Part shown: positions 51,560-60,283 of the stretch, one piece after another
Layout: each line of letters opens with the position of its first letter
How positions within the stretch are numbered: position 1 is the first letter of the stretch
Assembly: GCA_965223845.1 (NCBI GenBank)
Contig: CBDCXR010000004.1
Coordinates: forward strand, 256,001-320,000
Direction of reading: 5' to 3'
DNA length: 64,000 nucleotides
Origin: Planctomycetota bacterium
GTDB lineage: Bacteria > Planctomycetota > UBA8108 > SXIK01
Notes under the pieces: model-generated
Database searches by the model: none
What the model was told of the DNA's origin: nothing
Seen by the model: only the letters and a program-made list of their open reading frames with translations
Position numbers and translations under genes: made by a program

Positions 51560-51933
51560 GTTTTGGCGAGTGGGGCGGTTCGGGGCTTGGACGACCGGGC
51601 GTCAGAGCGGGCGAACGGGGTGAAATGCGGGCGAGTGTCCCTCAGGTTGCCCTCTTCTATTGGGGGGACTATCCGACGCGGGGTGTGCAAACTCGTGACG
51701 AGGCGCCATTCGCTTGGAGTAAACGTCTCGAAGTGGGATTCGCGGTGCGGTTGACTCGAACCTGGGAAGCTACCCAACGACCTGGGATCCGTACGCGGAC
51801 GCCACGAAAGACGGAGAGGCGCGAGTGAATCGCCGCGAATTGAATTAGTGGGAACGAACGGCCCGACGAATTCGCATTCGGGTTCTCCCCGGAATGTCGA
51901 TCGGGCCGTCGCGTGCGGTTTTCGGAGGTGAAG

Positions 51934-52473
51934 ATGAGCGGAGTCGATCTCGTCGCCGAGGAATATCAATGCTCCGACGTTGCTGCCAGTGTCATCAGAA
52001 TCCTTGTCACCCGATCTGAGGACGGGCGCAGGGCGGACCCGACGATTCAGATTTCTGAAGCGGCATCCCTGCTAGACACGGATGCGGAGCGGGTCGTAGA
52101 CGCAGCGGCTGAACTCAACGGGCGCGTCGAATTGCGGCGGCAAGATGGTCAGCCAGGCGGCTGGGATCTTCTTCCGACGCCGGCGTGTTTCGCGGAATTC
52201 GATGGATTCTTCAAGGACTGGGATCCGCGGCAAGACGCGGAACGCGTCGTTCGCGAGCTCACGCGCGACGGCAGACAGAGCGCGAGTAGCACACAGATCG
52301 CAGAGCAACTCGAATGGCCCCCTCGTCGCGTGAACCCGGCCCTTTCGTATCTGATCGAGAACGGTCTTGTGGACTGGAGTCGCTCGATCAGCGCGGTCCC
52401 TTACATCACGTCGGGGCTGATCGCGACGCCAGAGACACGGAACTTTGTCCCCCACGCCGAAATCTTTGCCTGA
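51934..52473 (+). CDS. Tandem winged-helix-like hypothetical protein
   Basis: RBS GGAGGTG; FAEFD..KDWDPRQDA and IAEQLEWPPRRVNPALSYLIENGLV motifs. Confidence 0.7.
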   Translation: MSGVDLVAEEYQCSDVAASVIRILVTRSEDGRRADPTIQISEAASLLDTDAERVVDAAAELNGRVELRRQDGQPGGWDLLPTPACFAEFDGFFKDWDPRQDAERVVRELTRDGRQSASSTQIAEQLEWPPRRVNPALSYLIENGLVDWSRSISAVPYITSGLIATPETRNFVPHAEIFA

Positions 52474-52543
52474 TGATCGAGAGATCCAAGTAGAGGAATT
52501 CGCCGGACCGTAGTGGCGGCCGAGCCGCCAGAAAGGACCGGAG

Positions 52544-52995
52544 ATGGTCGGCGAGTTTGAGGATTGCGGAGAGCGGGAACGTGAGCGGGACTCGGGCGGT
52601 TGCAGTGACCGAGAGGACGCCTGGGACCCTGCGGCGCGAGAGGGCGAGGGTCTCGAGGAGACGCTCGTCGAAAGCGGCTATGAGGAGACGGAAATCGAGT
52701 ACGTGTGTTCTTGTCCGAGAACGCGGGATCCCAGACGCAGGAGACCGATTTTGAGAATTCTGGAGTTTTACACTACGAGGAGCAGCAAAGAGGGTGCGAT
52801 GAAGTTTGTATCACGGTGCGGGTTGGGCTCGCCGTGACCTCCGGCGACAGTGGCGGCATTAGCGTGAAGACTTCTCCGAAGGGCGGGCCGGATGTGTCGT
52901 TCAGTTTTTCAAATCCGACAGGAACATTGGGGAGTTTTACGAAAACGTTGGGGACGTGGTGTTGGAGTTGCAAGGAGGTGGTTGATCTGCAATAG
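52544..52995 (+). pseudogene. Possible frameshifted orphan toxin tip (Cys-containing)
   Basis: Two overlapping frames join at CSCP/ENAG if one G was lost near 52716. Ends in WCWSCKE, echoing WSVCCKC of the Rhs tip; same G/T-skewed composition. Confidence 0.4.
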
Positions 52996-53306
52996 CGATT
53001 ATCGGGACCGGGAGGAGATTAACAGTTTCCTCGGTCCCGAACCCTCGCTTTGGAGTGCGCTTGCGGCGACCAGGGCGGAGTGCAGGTCGATTTTCGTTAA
53101 GCGGAAGCGGGCGATTCGGGGGTCGAGGAAAGCGAAGGGCGGGCGCTTGCGTCGTCGGGAGACAGGGCGTGAGAGTTTTGATCCTTGGTCGAGTCAGGCG
53201 TTGTGGCTATCAAGCTGATCTGCGGCGGCTCGTTCGCGTCGCCGCTGCTGGGGCGTGGTTAGGGTAGTTCTCCGTGTTTTGAGTATGTCTTGAATCCTAC
53301 TGGGAA

Positions 53307-53819
53307 TTGATCGGAACGCGTGTTTTGATTCGTGACCAAGCAGGGGCGACCCGTCGTTTTCCAATACGCGCGGTTCTCGGAGTCGTGATGATTCCGTGGA
53401 TTGCTTTGATCATATTCTTCGGGTTGCGTTACTGTAAGACGGTTGATCAATCACGTACTTCTATTCTCTATGGTATTTCGACTTCTTCTCACGAATCCAG
53501 AGAAGCGGAAGTGGTCAAGGTGGCAGTGGCGTGCGAGCAGTTTTTGACTGCGGCGGGTTTTTCGCCGAGGGTGGGTTCTACTTTTACGACGTGGGAGCGG
53601 CGGTCGCGCGGGGGCGCTTTGGCGATTACGGTTATAGTTGGGGAGAATTCCCTTCGTGGCAGCTGGACAGTAAAGGTCCGGTGGCGGTTTCGGGGACCGC
53701 ATTATCGTTATTTGCGGTGTACGCGTGAAATGCGTCTTGTGGTTGATGGTTTGAACCGGGCAATTGCTTCTGGGGTCGAGAAAGGTGCAAGGATCCTAAA
53801 GACGACGATTTCAGAATAG
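53307..53819 (+). CDS. Single-TM hypothetical protein, immunity-like
   Basis: One N-terminal TM, low GC; same position relative to the repeats and transposase remnant as 49740-50315. Confidence 0.55.
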   Translation: MIGTRVLIRDQAGATRRFPIRAVLGVVMIPWIALIIFFGLRYCKTVDQSRTSILYGISTSSHESREAEVVKVAVACEQFLTAAGFSPRVGSTFTTWERRSRGGALAITVIVGENSLRGSWTVKVRWRFRGPHYRYLRCTREMRLVVDGLNRAIASGVEKGARILKTTISE

Positions 53820-53821
53820 AC

Positions 53822-54035
53822 AAGAGTCCAGAAGAGTCCAGAAGCGTGAAGAGCCCCGGAACCCGGCATTCGGCATCGGTACGCGTGAAATGCGTCTTGT
53901 GGTTGATGGTTTAGAAGAGTCCCGGAACCCGGTGCCCGTCCGAATTGACCGGGTGCATTTCGAAATGCGTACGACCGAGCCCCGGAACCCGGTGCCCCTC
54001 CGAATCGACTGGGTTCATTTGCAGATGCGTACGTA
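53822..54035. repeat. Mini-array of REP-like ends (3 copies plus 2 abortive AAGAGTCCAG)
   Basis: CCGGAACCCGG at 53856, 53922 and 53982; AAGAGTCCAG at 53822 and 53832. Confidence 0.85.
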
Positions 54036-54227
54036 ATAAAGCTTATATTCACGAGGGGGGCGCCGTCCCGTCGTCGCCTCGATCGCACGCCGTCACGACG
54101 GAATCAACGGAGGTTCAGAGGGGACGCCAAGTTCTCGATCGGGAACCGTCGAACTGAAGGCAGTCGTTCCCCACCCAGCCGCCGGCTCTTGGCGCGCGCG
54201 AGACCTGAACGAGCTGGTTCGGCCGTC

Positions 54228-54434
54228 CTACGGGGCGGCTGGAACCGCCCCTGAGAGCATCGGGTCACACTTCTGGCGGTGGAAGACCCGCATCCAGTAC
54301 GTCCCGGGGGGAAAGACGAGGTTTTCGACGCCGGCGCGATACAGCTCGAGCGCAGCTCGATAGCGATCGCGCCGAGAAACCCGGGTCCCTCCATTTCGAT
54401 TTCGGCGCGGCACTCCGCTTCTCGCTCGGCGACT
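54228..54434 (-). pseudogene. Y1 transposase C-terminal remnant, copy B (internal deletion)
   Basis: YRAALELYRAGVENLVFPPGTYWMRVFHRQKCDPMLSGAVPAAP, homologous to copy A with about 140 bp deleted. Confidence 0.7.
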
Positions 54435-54444
54435 CGTCCTCAAG

Positions 54445-54600
54445 ACGATCTACTCGATCAGGTCGCGAAGGTGCGCCTCGGGATTGATCCGGAGCCGACG
54501 GTCTCTGCGAGGGAGAATGCGTCGCCGCTCGAGGTCCTGCGTCCGGATGCCCGACCACCAGCCAGTTCTTCTGACCGATCACGAATCCACGAAGTATGGT
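54445..54600 (-). pseudogene. IS66-family transposase C-terminal scrap
   Basis: Across frameshifts it reads LRGFVIGQKNWLVVGHPDAGPRAA..FSLAET..RRLRINPEAHLRDLIE*, matching the IS66 GRKNWLF...YSLIETC...NPEAYLRDVL pattern. Confidence 0.7.
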
Positions 54601-54703
54601 CGATGCCGCGGTGATCGCGCCCGCCTCACCATCAAGAGCGCGCGGACCTCAGAGGAAGGCTTTGTCGGCTGATCATGGAATCCTTCAGGTTCTTCGGACT
54701 CAA

Positions 54704-56242
54704 TCACGGGAACCGCACCGTGGCGACGACGTCATTCACCGCGCCGAGGTGCGAGACCGTCATACCGACGTCCGAGAAGGCGAAGATATAATCGTCGATG
54801 AAAGCGGATCGACGGAGGCCATCGGCCATGCGCACCCAAAAGGTGATGTGGGGTTCCCCGTCGAGTCTCGCGAAGCCATCTCGCGGACTCACCTTGTAGA
54901 CAAGGATACCCGAGAGCCCATCCCGTTCGTTTCGTGCCTCGAGAGCCACGGGAAACGCGAGGAGATCGTGGCTCGAATAGAACGTAAGCGCTCGATGATC
55001 GCGCTCCGCTCGAGACGAGAAGGCCGCGGGAAGTCGCGCATCGTGCCTCAGTGTCGGATTCGCTGGATCCGACACATCGAACATCTGAACCTGGAGACCA
55101 CCGACCCGCCCGAGATCGTCTCCGTCGCTGCCGGTACGACCCAAACCGACAAGATGATCGTCACCGAACGGATGGAGGTAGGTGGAGAACCCCGTGATGT
55201 GTAGCTCACCCATCACTCGCGGTGTCGCGGAATCCGACAGATCGATGGTAAAGAAGGGATCGCGAATGCCCTTCCGGGTAACCAGGTAGCCTCGATCCCC
55301 TGCGTACCGAATAGCGGAAAGACACTCTTCCGGCGCGAGCCCTCGCAGTTCTCCCACGCTCGAGAGCTCGCTACCATTCCTCTCGAGCACAAACACGTTG
55401 TTCGCTTCGACCGTACCCTCCACGGTTCCCGACGACCGGTCCGTGGTGGCGACGCGGAGAAACCCATCGTGTTCCGACATGGAGAACTGTGAAAGAATCC
55501 TCCCGCGAACCACGCCAGAAGCCTCGTAGACCGGAGAGCCGCCGTTCAGGTCGAACCGGTGAATCCGAGTTGCGGCAACGCGCAAACCGGTTCGCAGCCA
55601 CGTTCGCGTGTCCTGCGCGATGTAGATCGAGCTTCGGGAACCGTAAACCGTCCAACCGCGAGCGAGAAGATCAACGTCCGCGAGCACTTCGCTCTGGCGG
55701 ACGGCCAGACTGGACGGGTCGATTCCCAAGACGCTCAGCACACCGCGGTCGCCGGGGTTACCGTCTCGCGGGTAGCGAATCGTCGCGAGATAGACGACAC
55801 CGTCGACCGAGCGTCCACCGATGAACGATCCCTCGAGGTCGAAACGGGATTCGATCCGCGGCCGAGCCGGGTCACTCATATCGAGCACGGTGATCCGGGT
55901 GGCGGAGAACGTCGCCGCATCGGAGTCCTGGAGGACCATCGTCAGCGCTATGAGCCGGTCGCCGACCAGGAACATCGAGTCGCCGCGTCCTTCGAGCTCC
56001 GCGGTTGCCGCTAGCTCGCTTCGCGGGGGTGGCCACGCATCGGTGACATAGAGGGTCGAGTCCGCGATGTAGAAGACGTATTCACCGTTCGTCTTCAGTA
56101 GATCCGGCTCGTCCACGCCTGCTTCCTGCACGTTGGTCGTCGTAAAGCTCGACGGACCCGCGGGTTCGTCTGACGCAAAGTGGCCGCGGCCCGTCGCGAT
56201 CAAAACGAGCAGAGTGAGAGCGCAGGATCTTCGATACAACAT
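54704..56242 (-). CDS. Secreted beta-propeller domain protein (Beta_propel family)
   Basis: TTNVQEAGVDEPDLLKTNG, SQFSMSEHDGFLRVATT, DPFFTIDLSD and GELHITGFSTYLHP motifs; signal peptide. Confidence 0.88.
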   Translation of the reverse strand: MLYRRSCALTLLVLIATGRGHFASDEPAGPSSFTTTNVQEAGVDEPDLLKTNGEYVFYIADSTLYVTDAWPPPRSELAATAELEGRGDSMFLVGDRLIALTMVLQDSDAATFSATRITVLDMSDPARPRIESRFDLEGSFIGGRSVDGVVYLATIRYPRDGNPGDRGVLSVLGIDPSSLAVRQSEVLADVDLLARGWTVYGSRSSIYIAQDTRTWLRTGLRVAATRIHRFDLNGGSPVYEASGVVRGRILSQFSMSEHDGFLRVATTDRSSGTVEGTVEANNVFVLERNGSELSSVGELRGLAPEECLSAIRYAGDRGYLVTRKGIRDPFFTIDLSDSATPRVMGELHITGFSTYLHPFGDDHLVGLGRTGSDGDDLGRVGGLQVQMFDVSDPANPTLRHDARLPAAFSSRAERDHRALTFYSSHDLLAFPVALEARNERDGLSGILVYKVSPRDGFARLDGEPHITFWVRMADGLRRSAFIDDYIFAFSDVGMTVSHLGAVNDVVATVRFP

Positions 56243-56266
56243 TTCACTCTCCTTTTGGCGACGTTC

Positions 56267-57433
56267 TCATGTTCTGGAGAACAGTTCGGTAATTGCCGAG
56301 TCGTCCCCGAATCCGTAACGAGCGCCATCGATACCGAAGGCCCACAGAACCGTATTTAGGACCTGACGGCTCGAGAAAACCTGACCTCTCGTCGGCTCCC
56401 AGGAATCCGGATCGACGTCTCCGACTACGGTGCCTGGACGAATGGCTCCACCGCCGACGGGAAAGGTCTGGTAGCGGCACGCGTTGGTGCCCCGGTGGTC
56501 GCTGCCGCCGGTTCGATTGAAGCCCGTGCGCGGCGATGTGTTGTCCCGCCCGAACTCGGACACGCCCAGGACCATGGTGTGGTCCCAGAACGTTCCCCCG
56601 AGTGGGTGAAGGCTGTTTGTCAGCGCGAAGTGGAGGCCCTGAAGAGCCCGACCGTACGAGCGCATGAGGCGTTCGAACGTCGCCTGCTCTCCCTCGTGCG
56701 TGTCGTACCCGGGCACTCCGACGGCGACCGCGGGACTCCCACGTTCGATCAGCTTGGCAGCGAGCGCGACGCGCGGTCCCCAGAGTTCGTCGTCGGCGAA
56801 GATCTCACGCGCCAGCGGGCTCGCACGGATTTCGCTGTGCCCGGTACGCTCGAAGAAGTCGCGTCCCGAGAGGACCTTGGGCTCTGCAATGCGCCATCTT
56901 CCCGGTGCAGCCCCGAACACCCACGCGGTCTCACCGACGATGAATGCCGGGATGCCCCGATCCAGACCGATTTCCCAGTTGATGATCGTGTGAAGTCCGA
57001 CTCCTCCAGTGGGATCGCCGGTACCCATGCGGAGGTACCCCGTTCCGTGTCCACCGTCACCACGCGGCGCCCCGGGTGTGTGATCGACACTACCGAGGAC
57101 CGAGTACGTGTCGGAGAGTTCGGCGAGGCTCGGAATCGTGCGGCCCAGGCTGGGGATCGGGACGCGTGCGTCGTCGAAGATGGCTCCGACGCGCCAACCG
57201 CGGCTTCCCGGACTCACGCCGTAGGGATTGAATTGACGGTGCGTGGCTGCGTGAAACGCCGCGCTCGAGCGCAGGCCGCCTCCCGCGTACATGAGGATCA
57301 GGTGCTTGACCGGTGCGTCCGGTCGAGTCTGCGCCCAACCACGTCGAGTCCAGGGGCCGGGCCAGGTGATCGCGCCCGCCGTCGCCAACGCGGCGCCGAC
57401 GAATTGCCTGCGCGTCGCGGTTCTCTTTCGCAT
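56267..57433 (-). CDS. DUF1501-family protein with Tat signal
   Basis: TRRQFVGAALA Tat motif, LILMYAGGG, GYDTH, SEFGRD, GSDH and GGGAIRPGTVVG motifs. Confidence 0.85.
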   Translation of the reverse strand: MRKRTATRRQFVGAALATAGAITWPGPWTRRGWAQTRPDAPVKHLILMYAGGGLRSSAAFHAATHRQFNPYGVSPGSRGWRVGAIFDDARVPIPSLGRTIPSLAELSDTYSVLGSVDHTPGAPRGDGGHGTGYLRMGTGDPTGGVGLHTIINWEIGLDRGIPAFIVGETAWVFGAAPGRWRIAEPKVLSGRDFFERTGHSEIRASPLAREIFADDELWGPRVALAAKLIERGSPAVAVGVPGYDTHEGEQATFERLMRSYGRALQGLHFALTNSLHPLGGTFWDHTMVLGVSEFGRDNTSPRTGFNRTGGSDHRGTNACRYQTFPVGGGAIRPGTVVGDVDPDSWEPTRGQVFSSRQVLNTVLWAFGIDGARYGFGDDSAITELFSRT

Positions 57434-57569
57434 GGAGACGTGTCCAGTTCGGGTGATGGGTCGGGATCCACTCCATTTGGAAGGGTAGAAGCGCTCGCCG
57501 CGTGGCCCTTCGATCTCTAACGATTCTTCTTTCGTTCCATCTGAAGGCGACGTGGCCCCACGATTCGGC

Positions 57570-59129
57570 TCAGCGGTAATGGCATCGCTCTGACAGGCAC
57601 CGCCTCGCCAACTCGACCGCGCGCTGCGCGCATACAGCCGCGGATCCACCCTCTTTGAGGCACATAAGGAAACGGTGTCGAACGAGGCGAGCACAACGTT
57701 CCTCGCAATGCGGTGAGGGAGGCTGTTCGCACGGCCCTTCGAACAGCACATCGGCGCCGCTGCAGCGAGCCTCGCAGCGGTTGTCGTAGGTCACTCCGTC
57801 CGACCCGCACACCGGGTCGTAGATATCGGGGCAAACACAGTCCTCGCACTCACCCTCGTGGGCGATGTCGACACCGGCACAGCGAGCGAAGCATGCGTTG
57901 GCATAGGTGATTCCGTCGACGCCACAGACTGGATCGTAGATCTCGGGGCAAACACAGTCCTCGCACTCACCCTCGTGGGCGATGTCGACACCGGCACAGC
58001 GAGCGAAGCAGGCGTTGGCGTAGGTGACTCCGTCGACGCCACAGACTGGGTCGTAGATCTCGGGGCAGACACAGTCCCCGCACTCACCCTCGTGCGCGAT
58101 GTCGACACCGGCACAGCGAGCGAAGCAGGCGTTGGCGTAGGTGACTCCGTCGACGCCACAGACTGGGTCGTAGATCTCGGGGCAGACACAGTCCCCGCAC
58201 TCACCCTCGTGCGCGATGTCGACACCGGCACATTGAGCGAAGCAGGCGTTGGCGTAAGTGATTCCGTCGACGCCACAGACTGGGTCGTAGATCTCGGGGC
58301 AGACACAGTCCTCGCATTCACCTTCGTGAGCGATGTCGACACCGGCACATTGAGCGAAGCAGGCGTTGGCGTAAGTGACTCCGTCGACGCCACAGACTGG
58401 GTCGTAGATCTCAGGGCAGACACAGTCCCCGCACTCACCCTCGTGCGCGATGTCGACACCGGCACATTGAGCGAAGCAGGCGTTGGCGTAAGTGACTCCG
58501 TCGACGCCACAGACTGGGTCGTAGATCTCAGGGCAGACACAGTCCTCGCATTCACCTTCGTGCGCGATGTCGACATCGGCACATTGAGCGAAGCAGGCGT
58601 TGGCGTAGGTGATTCCGTCAACGCCACAGACTGGGTCGTAGATTTCTGGGCAAACACAGTCCTCGCACTCCCCCTCGTGCGCGATGTCGACACCGGCACA
58701 GCGAGCGAAGCAGGCGTTGTCGTAGGTGATTCCGTCAACGCCACAGACTGGGTCGTAGATTTCTGGGCAAACACAGTCCTCGCATTCACCCTCGTGGGCG
58801 ATGTCGACCCCTGCACATTGAGCGAAGCAAGCGTTGTCGTAGGTGATTCCGTCAACGCCACAGACTGGATCGTAGACGAGGGGACAGACGCAGGGTTCGT
58901 TGCACTCGCAGGTTGGACAGCCGTCGGGTCCGAGCTCGTGGCCGAACTCGCAGAAAACACCGCAGGGCAGCGGTTCGCAGTCACCAGTGTCGTACGCGTC
59001 ATTCCCAACGATCTGCTCGTGTGCGTGCCCCTGTGGCCGCTGCACCCCGAAACCGGCGGCGAGCGCAACCATCAGCATCCCGAGAGTGATCCACCTGAAT
59101 CGAGCTGGTCTTGTCAGTTCTGCTAACAT
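57570..59129 (-). CDS. Secreted multidomain protease inhibitor: antistasin-like domain plus 10 Kazal domains
   Basis: Hydrophobic leader; [26 protein letters not shown]; ten C-V-C-P-x-x-Y-D-P-V-C-G-x-D-G-x-T-Y-x-N-x-C units; Cys-rich helical tail. Confidence 0.9.
   Translation of the reverse strand: MLAELTRPARFRWITLGMLMVALAAGFGVQRPQGHAHEQIVGNDAYDTGDCEPLPCGVFCEFGHELGPDGCPTCECNEPCVCPLVYDPVCGVDGITYDNACFAQCAGVDIAHEGECEDCVCPEIYDPVCGVDGITYDNACFARCAGVDIAHEGECEDCVCPEIYDPVCGVDGITYANACFAQCADVDIAHEGECEDCVCPEIYDPVCGVDGVTYANACFAQCAGVDIAHEGECGDCVCPEIYDPVCGVDGVTYANACFAQCAGVDIAHEGECEDCVCPEIYDPVCGVDGITYANACFAQCAGVDIAHEGECGDCVCPEIYDPVCGVDGVTYANACFARCAGVDIAHEGECGDCVCPEIYDPVCGVDGVTYANACFARCAGVDIAHEGECEDCVCPEIYDPVCGVDGITYANACFARCAGVDIAHEGECEDCVCPDIYDPVCGSDGVTYDNRCEARCSGADVLFEGPCEQPPSPHCEERCARLVRHRFLMCLKEGGSAAVCAQRAVELARRCLSERCHYR
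57723..58892 (-). repeat. Intragenic 117-bp tandem repeat x10 (Kazal units)
   Basis: Near-identical 39-codon units visible in both DNA and protein. Confidence 0.95.
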
Positions 59130-59631
59130 TGGACGTCCTCCGGAGATTTCGACGTGGGCAGGACGGACAGGGAGTCGAACCCAGCGCCAGACGTCGCCCG
59201 CCGGGAGAGAGCCCCTCCGAGGACGGACGTTGCTTCCTCGATAGTTTACTTCCGCCATCGGGCGCGCGGCGACCTCAGGGTTTCTCGCGACTTTTTCGGC
59301 CTCCTCTCTCGGCTTCCTCTCGAACGTGGTCTGCCGCGAGCGCGCTCTTCTGCGCGCGGGCGGCCGAGGAGGACTCGGGCGGGTCAGGACGGACACCTGA
59401 GGTGGGGGCGGCTCCAGCACGACATCCGTACCGTCGGAACACTGGGCGTCCAGCGAACGGCGGAGTGTTCAGCGGGAGTCAGTCCCGCCGCAGTACGAGC
59501 CAGAAACCGCGTAGCCAGGATAGCGCCGGCAAGAAAGCGTGCCACTCGCTACGAGCCAGCCTTCGCCCTGCGCAACCGGTCACGAAGAGGTGATCGCTCA
59601 GAGCCTCGTGCGCTTGGCGGATCGGTCGGAC

Positions 59632-59970
59632 TTACTCGATGGTAACGAGGTGCGAGCGGATCCATGCGGACAGTTCATCCTCAGACACCTTTCCCTTCGC
59701 GAGAAACTCCCGAAACTTCTCCGCGGGCGCTGCTTCGAGATCGGCCGAATTCAAGAGCAGAAATGTGCGAGTGACGACGAACGACGTTCGCTTGTTCCCG
59801 TCGACGAAAGGGTGGCCGGTCGAGATACCGAACGCGTAGGCGGCTGCGAGTGCGGCGAGATAGACTTCGCCGCTTTCCGCAAACGCGCGGCGATTCCTGG
59901 GGAGCGCGAGAGCGGCATCGAGTGCGCCACGATCACAGACTCCGGGGTGTCCTCCGTGCTCCGCGATATC
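59632..59970 (-). pseudogene. doc: Doc/Fic-family toxin, N-terminally truncated
   Basis: IAEHGGHPGV.DRGALDAALA.P and HPFVDGNKRT motifs; the first helix and start are replaced by att-arm sequence; no phd upstream. Confidence 0.8.
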
Positions 59971-60024
59971 GAAAAAAAACGTGTTGTGCGTTTTCGTGCT
60001 CTCCCGGAGAGCTCGTCGCTCGAG

Positions 60025-60073
60025 TTGGAAAATCACCGCTCTCGCAAAGGGACCCAGGGTTCGAATCTTTGCC
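60025..60073 (+). repeat. Degenerate third att copy (tRNA-Ser 3' fragment)
   Basis: 41/49 identity by hand alignment to the att core; the upstream flank CCGGAGAGC..CTCGAGTT matches the flank at 51478-51500. Confidence 0.8.
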
Positions 60074-60283
60074 GTGTCACGTCAAGACGCAGACTGCGCA
60101 AGGAGTCGCGAAGAATGGACGGCCGTGAGTGGCACTCGGAAGATCTCGCACGCGCGCGGCAGCCAACCTTGTCCGCCCTAATGAGTCTCGGGAGGGTGGT
60201 GCCGTCCGGGCAGACCGTCGGAGCGCGACGCGGTTCAATTCGCGGCGTCGAGAGCGTCAGTGAAAAACGCGCGTGCTCCCAGG

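Larger units (their letters stand above)
51499..60073. mobile_element. Genomic island 2 (older, integrase-less tandem island)
   Basis: Bounded by the exact att at 51499 and a degenerate att at 60025-60073; both flanks are homologous to those of island 1. Confidence 0.7.

Noticed and set aside
53849-53994. CRISPR mini-array (60-66 bp period)
   Set aside because: The repeat is only ~18 bp, two of the inter-repeat segments are homologous to each other, and no cas genes are present; better explained as transposon-end repeats.
57791-59126. Thr/Ser-rich and Val/Asp-rich repeat ORFs in other frames
   Set aside because: Alternative frames of the Kazal repeat; only the Cys frame matches a known fold.
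59156-59183. Minus-strand GGGTTCGACTCCCTG resembling a T-arm or fourth att
   Set aside because: No acceptor, D or anticodon arms; the match is short and could be chance.
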